Shown here: positions 1-9,611 of the stretch, in pieces | How positions within the stretch are numbered: position 1 is the first letter of the stretch | How the letters are laid out: each line of letters starts with the position of its first letter | Program-made: the position numbers and the translations under genes | Assembly (NCBI GenBank): GCA_036507075.1 | Contig: DASXQR010000200.1 | Span: 1 to 23,463, forward strand | DNA length: 23,463 nucleotides | Source: Acidobacteriota bacterium | Lineage (GTDB): Bacteria > Acidobacteriota > UBA6911 > JACQSX01 | Reading direction: 5' to 3' | The notes under the pieces: generated by a model | What the model was told of the DNA's origin: nothing | What the model saw: only the letters and a program-made list of their open reading frames with translations | Database searches by the model: none

Positions 1-35
1 GCGCTCTTTGCGGTGAAGTTTTTGAATAATCCAGG
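1..35. repeat. Right arm of a family-B (~9-bp period) inverted repeat element, truncated by the window edge
   Basis: Reverse complement CCTGGATTATTCAAAAACTTCACCGCAAAGAGCGC resembles the left arm at 1363 (GGATTATTCACAAAAGACTTAACCGCGAAGAACGC); the end motif TTTTGAATA..CAGG recurs at 1557-1570. Confidence 0.75.
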
Positions 36-107
36 ACGAATCACCGGATTTTGTGATCTCAAACCTTGATTTCCAGTTCCGTCATCGCACATTATTCCTA
101 CAATAAT

Positions 108-142
108 TTGACATTCTATAGCGTCTCGCCGCTATAGCGTCT
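108..142 (+). promoter_or_regulatory. Possible -35 box (TTGACA) followed by an operator-like repeat
   Basis: TTGACA at 108-113; CTATAGCGTCT at 116-126 and 132-142; CTATAGCG/CGCTATAG inverted pair. No well-spaced canonical -10. Confidence 0.3.
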
Positions 143-228
143 TTCTGGTAGGTGAATTATCGAATCTGCTGATCCGCGTTTTTCGATTTAAGTCTCCGAT
201 CTGAAATCCGCAATCTGCAATCTAATCC

Positions 229-1440
229 ATGCGCAATCTGATTTGCTTTCTCCGAATCCTGTCGTTTTCATCTTCCGGCGTGAAAGACCTGGCGGCGGAA
301 AACCATCGACTGCTGGCCTGGCTTATCCTGGTGGCGGGAGCGGCTTTGTGGGTATCCGCCAGCTTTCCTTACTTCGGGGCTTACCTGGCGTTTCTGTTCT
401 CGATTTCGCTGGTGTTTTTTTCCGCCTTCATCTACGTGCCGGCCGCCGTGATAGTGTGCAATTTTTTGGCCGGCGATGGCTTGAATCTCCACTTCAGCCG
501 TCGCGAATACGAGCAGAATTTTGTTTCGCTCGGGTCGCTGATCGGGCTTTTGCTGCTGCTCGCCTCCATTCCGGCTGCGGTGAACCCATTGTTGGGATTC
601 GCCGTGGTCATTATCGGATATACGGCTTACGTGCCGTTTGTCCTTAAGGAGGTCAACAGCCTGCGCTGGAGTGCGGGCGCCGGCTCGGCGACAACTTTGC
701 TTGCCACGCTGCCGCTGGCAGTCATGGGCGTTCATTTCCTCTCGCTTCTGCCGCTGTTCGTGATTGCCGCCATCCTGATTGCCGGATGGCACTGGCTGGC
801 AGGCGTGATCAAAGATTACCGGCGGCGCCAGAAATTTGAGTCGCGTTTGCGCGAGGACCTGATCAATCCGAACGATGCCGATGCGCTTTACCAACTGGGG
901 TGGCTGGCCCTGGGACGGCGTCGGTTTGATGAAGCGACCGGCTACTTCCGAAGGGCGATCGGGCTGCAGGGCGGCGATGTCGACTATCACCATGCGCTCG
1001 CCCGCACCTGCATGGAACAGGCGCTCTGGCGACAGGCATTCGATTCGCTCGAGCGGGTCTACGAGATTGATCCAAACTACTCGACCGGGGATGTGCTGCG
1101 AGACATCGGACAGGTCTATTTTCGGCTTGCGCACCTGGATGAAGCCGAAGTGTTTCTGCGCGCCTTTCTCAGCCAGAGGATCTCGGATGCTGAAGGCAAG
1201 TACTGGCTGGCATGCGTGCTGGCGCGAAAGGGCGATCTTGCCGAGGCGCGCCAGTGGCTGCAGCGGCTGGGATCTTACTGCGACACGCCTCCCGGAATGC
1301 AGCGCATCGAAATGCGGCATTGGAAGCGCCTGGGCCGGGATCTGCACGCCAGGCTGGAGCGCGGATTATTCACAAAAGACTTAACCGCGAAGAACGCTAA
1401 CAACGCCAAGAGAACGCAAAAGACGGAGGCTGAAACTTGA
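229..1440 (+). CDS. Multi-pass membrane protein with C-terminal tetratricopeptide repeats (N-half possibly Yip1-like)
   Basis: About 5-6 hydrophobic segments in the first ~195 aa, then TPR-type helices (NPNDADALYQLG, DVDYHHALA, DVLRDIGQVY, DAEGKYWLA). The last ~25 aa are encoded by a repeat element. Confidence 0.8.
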   Translation: MRNLICFLRILSFSSSGVKDLAAENHRLLAWLILVAGAALWVSASFPYFGAYLAFLFSISLVFFSAFIYVPAAVIVCNFLAGDGLNLHFSRREYEQNFVSLGSLIGLLLLLASIPAAVNPLLGFAVVIIGYTAYVPFVLKEVNSLRWSAGAGSATTLLATLPLAVMGVHFLSLLPLFVIAAILIAGWHWLAGVIKDYRRRQKFESRLREDLINPNDADALYQLGWLALGRRRFDEATGYFRRAIGLQGGDVDYHHALARTCMEQALWRQAFDSLERVYEIDPNYSTGDVLRDIGQVYFRLAHLDEAEVFLRAFLSQRISDAEGKYWLACVLARKGDLAEARQWLQRLGSYCDTPPGMQRIEMRHWKRLGRDLHARLERGLFTKDLTAKNANNAKRTQKTEAET

Positions 1441-1570
1441 AGCATGAAGGCTACCAAACCGTGCCTCGCGTCTCCCTCGTGTTTTGATGCTTCAAGCTTC
1501 AGCCTCCGTCTTTTTCGCTATTCTTAGCGCTCTTGGCGTACTTTGCGGTTCAACGCTTTTGAATAGCAGG
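1363..1570. repeat. Family-B long inverted repeat (~80-bp arms), overlapping the 3' end of the TPR gene
   Basis: Left arm ..TTAACCGCGAAGAACGCTAACAACGCCAAGAGAACGCAAAAGACGGAGGCTGAAACTTGAAGCAT pairs imperfectly with right arm ATGCTTCAAGCTTCAGCCTCCGTCTTTTTCGCTATTCTTAGCGCTCTTGGCGTACTTTGCGGTTCAA. Confidence 0.9.
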
Positions 1571-1729
1571 GTTGCGGGACGCGGCTCTGTGTTTCGTGTG
1601 CAGGATGGTGGAGTTTGAACTTACGCCGCGCGGGTTTCTGTCATATAGTTAACGGTTTACAGGCTTCCAAAGCCGGCAGGGCGACGGCGACACGCCTTTT
1701 GACGGAGCCCGATGGGAGGATGATTCGCG

Positions 1730-2836
<1,107 letters not shown>

Positions 2837-2844
2837 GCGCCTTC

Positions 2845-3222
2845 ATTACGGGTTTTCTGGTTACGGGTTTTCGGGTTTTCAGGTTGCGGTTTTCGGGTTA
2901 CGGGTTTTCGGGTTTCCGGGTTACGGGTTTCCGAGTTACGGGTTTGCGGGTTACGGGTTTCCCGAGTTATTGGTTTCCGAGTTACGAGTTAAGGGTTTAG
3001 GGTTGTCGAGTTTTGAGTTCTTAATTTTCAATCAACCACTCACAACCCGCAACCCGCAACCCGCAACCCGAAACCTGAAACCTGAAACCTGAAACCTGAA
3101 ACCCGCAACCCGCAACCCGCAACCCGTAACCTGAAACCGAAAACCCGACCCGAAAACCGAAACCCGAAAACCCGAAACCCGAAACCCGAAACTCGGAACC
3201 CGAAAACCCGAAAACCCGTAAT
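2845..3222. repeat. Inverted pair of degenerate 7-8-bp tandem arrays, (CGGGTTT/CGGGTTA)n ... (AAACCCG/CAACCCG/AAACCTG)n
   Basis: G-rich arm ~2845-3020 and C-rich arm ~3043-3222; perfect 13-bp outer ends ATTACGGGTTTTC / GAAAACCCGTAAT. Confidence 0.95.
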
Positions 3223-3234
3223 TAGACAGAGTCG

Positions 3235-4272
3235 ATGATGCGCGCTGTTCGCATCCATTCACATGGCGGCCCGGAAGTCCTGAAGCTTGAAACGGCGAAT
3301 GCGCCCGACCGCCAGCCCGGCACGGCGATTGTGCGCGTTTACTCGTGCGCCCTGAATCACCTGGATATCTGGGTGCGGCGCGGAATCCCGGGCGTCACCA
3401 TCTCCCTGCCGCGCATTCCGGGCAGCGACATTGCCGGAATAATCGAAACTATCGACGGCAATTCTCTCCTCACCGCGGGTCAGCGGGTGATGCTGTCGCC
3501 GGGCGTCAGTTGCGGCATTTGTGAGCATTGCCTCGGCGGGCGGGATAACTTCTGCCGCTTCTACACGACGTTCGGTTACGGGCTGGATGGCGGTTATGCC
3601 GACAAAGTGCGCGCGCCCCTGCAGAATCTGATTCCTCTGCCCGACTCGATTTCATTCCACGAAGCAGCCGCTTTTCCGCTGGTGTTTCTGACCGCATGGC
3701 ACATGCTGGTTTCACGCGCCCGCATTGAACCGGGCGAAACGGTACTGGTGTTGGGAGCCAACAGCGGTGTGGGAAGCGCCGCCATTCAGATTGCAAAACT
3801 GCTCCAGTGCCGGGTAATCGCGACTGCCGGCAGCGAGGAGAAGGCAAGAGCGGCCCGAAATCTGGGAGCCGACGCTGTCGTTGACCATTATCGCCAGTCG
3901 ATCACCGAACAGGCGCGGGTGCTTACCAAAAAGCGCGGAGTGGACGTGGTCTTCGAGCACGTCGGAGAAGCCACCTGGAATGAAAGCATCGGCGCGCTGG
4001 CAAGAGGAGGACGTCTGGTGACCTGTGGAGCTACCAGCGGCCATCATGCGGTGACTGATCTGCGATACATCTTCAGCCGGCAAATATCCATCCTCGGTTC
4101 CTACATGGGACCAAAAATCGAGCTGCTGAAAGTGTTTGAATTCTTCAAGAATGGAAAACTGAAGCCAGTCGTGGATCGGGTGTTTGCCCTCGAAGATGCC
4201 CGCGCCGCCCATGAGTATCTGGAAGCAGGGAAGCAATTCGGCAAGGTGGTGCTCGAAATAAACGCGGAGTGA
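3235..4272 (+). CDS. Zinc-binding MDR family oxidoreductase (ADH/quinone-reductase-like)
   Basis: HGGPEVL start; structural-Zn motif CGICEHC-x7-C; nucleotide-binding GANSGVG; C-terminal GKQFGKVVL. Catalytic-Zn positions read ALNHLD and GSD rather than C and GHE. Start may be 3238. Confidence 0.9.
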   Translation: MMRAVRIHSHGGPEVLKLETANAPDRQPGTAIVRVYSCALNHLDIWVRRGIPGVTISLPRIPGSDIAGIIETIDGNSLLTAGQRVMLSPGVSCGICEHCLGGRDNFCRFYTTFGYGLDGGYADKVRAPLQNLIPLPDSISFHEAAAFPLVFLTAWHMLVSRARIEPGETVLVLGANSGVGSAAIQIAKLLQCRVIATAGSEEKARAARNLGADAVVDHYRQSITEQARVLTKKRGVDVVFEHVGEATWNESIGALARGGRLVTCGATSGHHAVTDLRYIFSRQISILGSYMGPKIELLKVFEFFKNGKLKPVVDRVFALEDARAAHEYLEAGKQFGKVVLEINAE

Positions 4273-4279
4273 TCGCGCG

Positions 4280-4660
4280 CTAAATTTTTTGCCGCCCGGC
4301 GTAACCGTCTTCGACTTCGTGCCAGAACTCGATGGCGTCCTCTCCCAGCTCCCAGCACAGATAGACCTCGCGGCCTTCCCTCATGTGCGGAAAGTCCACC
4401 AGGCCCCGGTTCAAGTCTTTGACGATCACGCCGCGTTCCTGAATGCGATTGAGCGTGTTTTGCAGATCGATGAGCTCTTCCACGTAGAGCGTGCCGATGG
4501 GGCTGCCGGCGTTGTCCACCCCCTTCTCCTTGAGCATTTCAACTTCCGAGGCTTTATCGTCGATCGACTTCTTGATGTCGGTCAGATGAGCTATCCAGTT
4601 ACGGACCTCTTTGAGCGTCTCAGTTGCCTCCTGAAGGGTGAAATACCGTTTATCTTCCAT
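4280..4660 (-). CDS. DUF2203 family protein
   Basis: YFTLQEA N-terminus, coiled-coil middle, VKDLNRGLVDFP..EVYLCWELGE..FWHEVEDGYAGR C-terminus. Confidence 0.85.
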   Translation of the reverse strand: MEDKRYFTLQEATETLKEVRNWIAHLTDIKKSIDDKASEVEMLKEKGVDNAGSPIGTLYVEELIDLQNTLNRIQERGVIVKDLNRGLVDFPHMREGREVYLCWELGEDAIEFWHEVEDGYAGRQKI

Positions 4661-4702
4661 CGGGTTCTCAGATTATTTTTTCAAACAAGATCGGTGTCCA
4701 GC

Positions 4703-4708
4703 TAAAAT
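4703..4708 (+). promoter_or_regulatory. -10 box positioned for leaderless transcription of the SnoaL gene
   Basis: TAAAAT, 6 nt, then ATG at 4715; no Shine-Dalgarno. Confidence 0.45.
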
Positions 4709-4714
4709 TCTTAC

Positions 4715-5152
4715 ATGGCGGAAAACAGAGGGCCGATCCAGCCGCCGGAAGATCTGGTGCTGGCTGTCAACGAGGCTTTTTACCAGGCGCTGCAATCTCT
4801 GGATATAGAAGCGATGGAAGCGGTATGGTTGCACAAAGAATGGGTTTACTGCGTTCATCCCGGATGGCAGGCGATCAGCGGCTGGGATCAGGTCCGGCAG
4901 AGCTGGGAAGCGATTTTCGCCAACACCGAGAATCTGACGATCCGGCTTCACCAGATCACGCTTCAGATCTGCGGGCTGGTGGCCTGGCTGACCTGTACTG
5001 AAGAGATCAATTCCGGATCGGGCGAAGAAACGCAGGCTTCTCTGGCCCAATCCACCAACATCTACATGAAAGTGGGCGACGAGTGGAAGCTGGTGCACCA
5101 CCATGCCTCGCCTGTTCCAGCCTCCACTTTCACGGAGGAGACAATTCAATAA
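4715..5152 (+). CDS. SnoaL-like / NTF2 family protein
   Basis: NEAFYQAL..D.EAM..VW, CVHPGW..ISGW..VRQSW and WKLVHHHAS motifs. Confidence 0.88.
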   Translation: MAENRGPIQPPEDLVLAVNEAFYQALQSLDIEAMEAVWLHKEWVYCVHPGWQAISGWDQVRQSWEAIFANTENLTIRLHQITLQICGLVAWLTCTEEINSGSGEETQASLAQSTNIYMKVGDEWKLVHHHASPVPASTFTEETIQ

Positions 5153-5284
5153 AATTGAAAAATTGAAGCGTAGGGGCCGCCTGGCATCGCCGCCCGAATA
5201 GTTGCCGCCAACTCAATCGGCGAAGGGCACGGCAACGTCAGGCCGTCCCTGTGATTTTCAATTTCAATTTTCAATTTCTCAATT
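5151..5284. repeat. Nested element: inverted (AAATTGA)n arrays enclosing a degenerate GTAG-type REP doublet
   Basis: AAAATTGAAAAATTGAA at 5151-5167 and TTTTCAATTTCAATTTTCAATTTCTCAATT at 5255-5284; inside, GTAGGGGCCGCCTGGCATCGCCGCCC (5170-5195) pairs imperfectly with GGGCACGGCAACGTCAGGCCGTCCCT (5225-5250). Confidence 0.75.
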
Positions 5285-5292
5285 CGTAACTC

Positions 5293-5502
5293 TCACTCCT
5301 TTTTAGTGACGTTTGCCGCCTGCAGTCCCTTTGGTCCCTCGACCACATCGAATTCCACCGCGTCGCCTTCCTCGAGAGAACGAAATCCGGTCGACTGGAT
5401 CGATGTGTGGTGGACAAAGACGTCGCCACCCTGCTCACGCTCAATAAAACCGTAGCCCTTGGAATTGTTGAACCACTTTACCTTACCGTTTTCTCTGGAC
5501 AT
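5293..5502 (-). CDS. Cold-shock domain protein (CspA family)
   Basis: GKVKWFN, RNP1 KGYGFI, RNP2 DVFVH and C-terminal [10 protein letters not shown]; 69 aa. Confidence 0.97.
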   Translation of the reverse strand: MSRENGKVKWFNNSKGYGFIEREQGGDVFVHHTSIQSTGFRSLEEGDAVEFDVVEGPKGLQAANVTKKE

Positions 5503-5523
5503 TCATCTCTCCCTAGCCCGCGA

Positions 5524-5552
5524 ATTCTAGAGAACTAGGCGAAGGGTGTCAA
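5524..5552 (-). promoter_or_regulatory. Sigma-70-type promoter of the cold-shock gene
   Basis: Minus strand reads TTGACA (5552-5547), 17 bp, TAGAAT (5529-5524), followed by a GGGAG RBS. Confidence 0.8.
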
Positions 5553-5565
5553 CACGCCGCTGTGG

Positions 5566-5621
5566 GGCGGGTTGTCGAGTTCCGAGTTGGCGGGTTGTCG
5601 AGTTCCGAGTTGGCGGGTTGT
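5566..5621. repeat. 23-bp perfect tandem repeat (~2.4 copies) built from 7-8-bp subunits
   Basis: GGCGGGTTGTCGAGTTCCGAGTT at 5566-5588 and 5589-5611, partial to 5621; subunits resemble the 2845-3020 array. Confidence 0.9.
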
Positions 5622-5759
5622 TCACAAGTTTGCACCGCCCATCACATGCCTCGCGTGCTTCAGAACCCCGCGGTTCTGACCTTGGTGAATAATGCGCCGG
5701 TCGCAGCGGGGTCGACGAAAGCCGCTATCCTTTGGCATAATCAAGTTGGAGCGCAATCT

Positions 5760-7373
5760 ATGAGACGCGATGTGTTCAAGATCGGTGCGGCCGTCTTGAT
5801 TCTCTTCGCCGGCGCCGTTGTCCTGGCGCAGGAGAGAAAGAACAAGGAGCAGGAACTGGCCCGGTACTACGATAAGTGGCTCAACCAGGACGTGGTTTAC
5901 ATAATCACCGATGAAGAGAGGGCGGTCTTTGAGAAGCTTTCTACCACTGATGAGAAGGACAACTTCATCGAGCAGTTCTGGTTTCGCAGAAATGCAGACC
6001 CGCGCACGTCCATCAATGAGTTCAAAGAAGAGCACTACCGTCGCATTGCATACGCCAACGCGACCTTTGGCAGCGGAATGCCAGGTTGGAAGAGCGACCG
6101 CGGCCGGATTTACATCATGTTTGGCGAGCCAGCCGAAATCGAACGCCACAGCGGAGGCGGCACTTATGTGCGCAAGCAGTACGAAGGAGGCGGGCACACG
6201 GCGACGTATCCGTTCGAGGTCTGGAGATATCGCTCCATCCCGGGAGTAGGCCAGGATGTGGAAATTGAATTTGTCGATCGGTCCTGGACGGGCGAATACA
6301 AGATGGCGGCAAACAGTTGGGAGAAAGACCTGCTGCTCAACGTGCCCGACGAAGGACTGACGACCGCGGAACGACTGGGTTACTTGAAGAAGGTTTACCG
6401 TCCTGGACTTCACCCGGGAAATCTGAATGACCCGTCGTATCAGGCCAAGTCAGGGATGCGCTCCAAGGACACCCCATTTGAAAGCATGCTGCGCTATTAC
6501 GCTTTGCAGCGTCCGCCCGAGATTAAACAGAAGGACCTGCAGGAACTCGTCGACACGCGGATCAGTTACACAACCCTGCCCTTTTCTTCGGTCCTGCATT
6601 ATCTGTGGCTGAGCGCGGACGCTGCCCTGGTGCCGATCACCGTGGAAATTAGCAACGCGTCGCTCAGCTATAAACCGATGGCAGGTTTCCGGAAGGCCCG
6701 CGTGGGACTGTATGGCCGCGTCACCTCCCTGACTGGCGCGCTGGTTACTGAGTTTGAAGACCGAATTGCTTCCGAGTATCCGGACACGCAGTTTGAACTC
6801 GGTCAAAGGCAGAAGTCGCTTTACCAGAAAAGCATTTCCATAAAACCGGGACGCTACAAGCTGGATCTGGTCGTCAAGGATCTCAACAGCGGGAACATCG
6901 GAATTGAGACCCGCAGCATTTATGTTCCCGGTTTGGACAAAGACAAAATGGTGGCCGGACCGATTGTTTTGGCAAAAATGGTCGAGCCGCTTCGGAGCTT
7001 TCCAGATGTCCCACAGACGTTCGTTATTGGCGATGTGCGCGTGGTTCCGAGCGTGACACAGCGATTCAAGCCTGCCGACGAAATGGGCGTGTATCTGCAG
7101 GTCTACAATCCGGCGATGAACACGGAAACTTCTCAACCTGCTGTTAACATCGAATTCAGCATTGTGGAGAAGGGAAAGGTTGTATCCCAGGTCGCTGATT
7201 TTGCGGGCAACTCCATCGAGTATTTCTCGACCGATCGCCTGGTATTGGTTCGAAAGCTTAAACTGGACAGCCTTGAGAAGGGCTCCTATAAGCTCACGGT
7301 CAAGGTGAGCGATCCAAAAACGGGCCGCAGCACCAGCAGTGAAGTCAATTTTGAGATTGTGGCTGTATCGTGA
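5760..7373 (+). CDS. GWxTD domain-containing exported protein (paralogue 1)
   Basis: Signal peptide from ATG 5760 (MRRDVFK..VLA-Q); KWLNQDVVYII, FIEQFW, EEHYRRI.YAN, GWKSDRGRIYIMFGEP; two beta-rich C-terminal modules. Confidence 0.9.
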   Translation: MRRDVFKIGAAVLILFAGAVVLAQERKNKEQELARYYDKWLNQDVVYIITDEERAVFEKLSTTDEKDNFIEQFWFRRNADPRTSINEFKEEHYRRIAYANATFGSGMPGWKSDRGRIYIMFGEPAEIERHSGGGTYVRKQYEGGGHTATYPFEVWRYRSIPGVGQDVEIEFVDRSWTGEYKMAANSWEKDLLLNVPDEGLTTAERLGYLKKVYRPGLHPGNLNDPSYQAKSGMRSKDTPFESMLRYYALQRPPEIKQKDLQELVDTRISYTTLPFSSVLHYLWLSADAALVPITVEISNASLSYKPMAGFRKARVGLYGRVTSLTGALVTEFEDRIASEYPDTQFELGQRQKSLYQKSISIKPGRYKLDLVVKDLNSGNIGIETRSIYVPGLDKDKMVAGPIVLAKMVEPLRSFPDVPQTFVIGDVRVVPSVTQRFKPADEMGVYLQVYNPAMNTETSQPAVNIEFSIVEKGKVVSQVADFAGNSIEYFSTDRLVLVRKLKLDSLEKGSYKLTVKVSDPKTGRSTSSEVNFEIVAVS

Positions 7374-9610
7374 TTTCGTCTCACCCTAAAACCTGTACCG
7401 CCAAGGCCGCGAAGAACGCAAAGAAGATTAATGTCTCTCACCTAAGTCACTGTTTTAAAGGGATTAAAATTAGGCAAAGCCGCGATGCCGGGCAGCTCCC
7501 TGCCACTGAGTTGAAACAAAGTCGTTCGCGCTCTTGGCGTTCTTGGCGGTTCCATTTTTTCCTCCCGGCTGTCGCCCTGCTGTTGTTTGCCTCAGCCCCT
7601 CTTGGCGCCCAGAACGTGGTGCTGATTACAGTGGACACGCTGCGGTCGGACCACCTGGAGGTTTACGGTTACGCAAATGGAAAGACGCCGGCCATTACGT
7701 CGCTTGCTCGAGAAGGAGTCCTGGTGGAAAACGTGATCGTGCAGACGCCGATCACGCTTCCCTCGCACGCGACCATTCTGACGGGCACTTATCCCTTCTA
7801 TCACGGCGTGCAGGACGTGGTGGGGCGGTTGCGCAACGGTGTGCCTACGCTGGCCGAATGGTTCAAGCAGAGGGGATATGCTACCGCCGCATTTGTGGGC
7901 TCATCGGTACTTTCATCCGCATGGGGGCTAAACCGCGGTTTTGATGTTTACGACGATCAGTTTCCGTCGCAAGGCCTGAGACAGATCGATTTTGACCGCC
8001 TGGAGCGGCCTGCAGCAGAAGTGATTTTCAAAGCTCTGCAGTGGCTGGACAAGAACCAGAGCCGTAAATTTTTTCTCTGGGTACATCTTTATGACCCGCA
8101 TGATCCGTACGTGCCGCCCGCGCCGTTTTCAACTGAGTTCCGGGAGCGACCCTATGATGGCGAGATCGCCTACGTGGATGCTTCGCTGGACAACTTTTTC
8201 AAAACACTCCGCCAGCGGCGGCTCTTTGAAGACTCGCTGGTGGTTTTCACGGCTGATCATGGCGAAAGTCTGGGCGAGCACAAAGAGGCGCATCATGGAT
8301 TCTTTATTTATGAGGCATCGCTTCGGGTGCCGCTCATCTTGAAGTTTCCTCAAAGCTACAGCGGTGCTCCCCGGAACAGCCGTTCGGCCGGGCAGATGCG
8401 AAGTGTGGACATTGCGCCCACGCTGCTTCAAATCCTTGGGGAAAAGGTTCCGGCTGGAATGCAGGGCGAAGGTCGGCTTGCGGTGTTAACCGGCAAGCGG
8501 GGGAATCCGAGTCTTCCGGCTTATGCCGAAACACACTATCCGCGCGTGCATTTCGGCTGGAGCCCGCTGTTCAGTTATTCCACGGCTGACAGCAAGTTCA
8601 TCGATGCTCCCGTGCCTGAGTTTTACGACTTGAAAAAGGACCCGGGCGAGCTTCGAAATATCTACAAGGAAAACAAGGCGCTGGCCGACCGCATGCGCGA
8701 GGAATTGCGCGCGCTGCAGCGCAAATACGGGCTGCGGGATCCGCGCCCGGGCGCGAGCGACGCTGAATCGGTCGACCCGGAAACGATGGAGCGGCTGAAA
8801 TCTCTCGGGTACGTCGGCTTTTCTGCCGGATCAATCGCCGGCGCCGCCGGGCTTGCCGACCCTAAGGACAAGGTTGCGATTTATAACCAGTTGAACCGTG
8901 CCATCACGCTGTCGCGCCGCGGCCGGTCGGATCTGGCGATTTCCGCCTTCAACAAGGTAGCCGAAGAGGAACCAACCATGCCGGTGGTGCATTTTCTGCT
9001 CGGGTCGGAGTACTTCTCCATGAGCCAGTACTTAAAGGCGATCGAGCAGTTCAATGAGACTCTGAAATTCAACCCTTCTTCCAACGTGGCGCGTTTCAGC
9101 CTGGCGCGGGCCTATTCGCAGGCGGGCCTTGACGACAAAGCCGATAAAACCGTGCGTGAGGTCTTAAGCACCGAGCCAAAACACATGGGGGCGCGCCACT
9201 TGCTGGCAACTGTGTTGGGAAAGCAGGGGAAATTTCAGGAGGCGGCAGCCGAAGAGCTCAAGGCGCTCGAGGTCCGACCTTCTTTTGCGGAAGGTCACAA
9301 TAACCTCGGTTCTTATTACATGAATCTTGGCCAGTTGGACAAGGCGGTCGCCAGTTACCAGAAGGCGCTGGAATACGCGCCCAACTTTGTGCACGCCCAA
9401 TTGAATCTCAGCCTGGCGTACTACAAACTGGGGCGCTACGATCAGGCCCTGGCACAAGCCCGTACCGCTGCCGCGCTTGCTCCCAATTCCAGTATCGCCC
9501 ATTTCTACACGGGCCAGGCGTATCTGGCCAAGGGCATGAAAGCCGAAGCACGTGAGTCGTTTAAGAAAGCGGCAGAAATTGATCCCAAGATCAGGATTCC
9601 GCAGTTTTGA
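7370..9610 (+). CDS. Sulfatase-like alkaline-phosphatase-superfamily hydrolase/transferase with C-terminal TPRs (paralogue 1)
   Basis: NVVLITVDTLRSD, TLPSH, HLYDPH, ADHGE, LKSLGYV, then multiple TPRs. GTG 7370 overlaps the upstream TGA; alternative start TTG 7511. Confidence 0.88.
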   Translation: MISSHPKTCTAKAAKNAKKINVSHLSHCFKGIKIRQSRDAGQLPATELKQSRSRSWRSWRFHFFLPAVALLLFASAPLGAQNVVLITVDTLRSDHLEVYGYANGKTPAITSLAREGVLVENVIVQTPITLPSHATILTGTYPFYHGVQDVVGRLRNGVPTLAEWFKQRGYATAAFVGSSVLSSAWGLNRGFDVYDDQFPSQGLRQIDFDRLERPAAEVIFKALQWLDKNQSRKFFLWVHLYDPHDPYVPPAPFSTEFRERPYDGEIAYVDASLDNFFKTLRQRRLFEDSLVVFTADHGESLGEHKEAHHGFFIYEASLRVPLILKFPQSYSGAPRNSRSAGQMRSVDIAPTLLQILGEKVPAGMQGEGRLAVLTGKRGNPSLPAYAETHYPRVHFGWSPLFSYSTADSKFIDAPVPEFYDLKKDPGELRNIYKENKALADRMREELRALQRKYGLRDPRPGASDAESVDPETMERLKSLGYVGFSAGSIAGAAGLADPKDKVAIYNQLNRAITLSRRGRSDLAISAFNKVAEEEPTMPVVHFLLGSEYFSMSQYLKAIEQFNETLKFNPSSNVARFSLARAYSQAGLDDKADKTVREVLSTEPKHMGARHLLATVLGKQGKFQEAAAEELKALEVRPSFAEGHNNLGSYYMNLGQLDKAVASYQKALEYAPNFVHAQLNLSLAYYKLGRYDQALAQARTAAALAPNSSIAHFYTGQAYLAKGMKAEARESFKKAAEIDPKIRIPQF
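7397..7550. repeat. Family-B inverted element within the 5' end of sulfatase-like gene 1
   Basis: ACCGCCAAGGCCGCGAAGAACGCAAAG (7397-7423) versus TTCGCGCTCTTGGCGTTCTTGGCGGT (7525-7550). Confidence 0.85.
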
Positions 9611-9611
9611 A

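Noticed and set aside
190..240. Short (CCGCAAT/CTGCAAT) heptamer run at the TPR gene start
   Set aside because: Only 2-3 degenerate units with no clear inverted partner; too weak to call, though it adds some uncertainty to the start codon.
268..1347. 359-aa antisense ORF and similar shadow ORFs (e.g. 5622-6413, 6450-7136, 11097-11723, 19046-19693)
   Set aside because: Antisense to well-supported genes in GC-rich DNA, with no recognisable motifs.
2845..3222. CRISPR array or true telomere
   Set aside because: No constant repeat with unique spacers and no cas genes; internal, degenerate and flanked by ordinary bacterial genes.
5566..5621. 23-bp repeat as a mini-CRISPR
   Set aside because: The copies are directly adjacent, with no spacers.
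5562..5759. 66-aa N-terminal extension of GWxTD-1 in the ORF track
   Set aside because: Runs through a tandem repeat and likely promoter DNA; ATG 5760 gives a clean signal peptide.
9552..9611. GTG 9552 start for sulfatase-like 2
   Set aside because: Overlaps the upstream gene by 59 bp; ATG 9612 is coupled to the upstream stop and opens the signal sequence.
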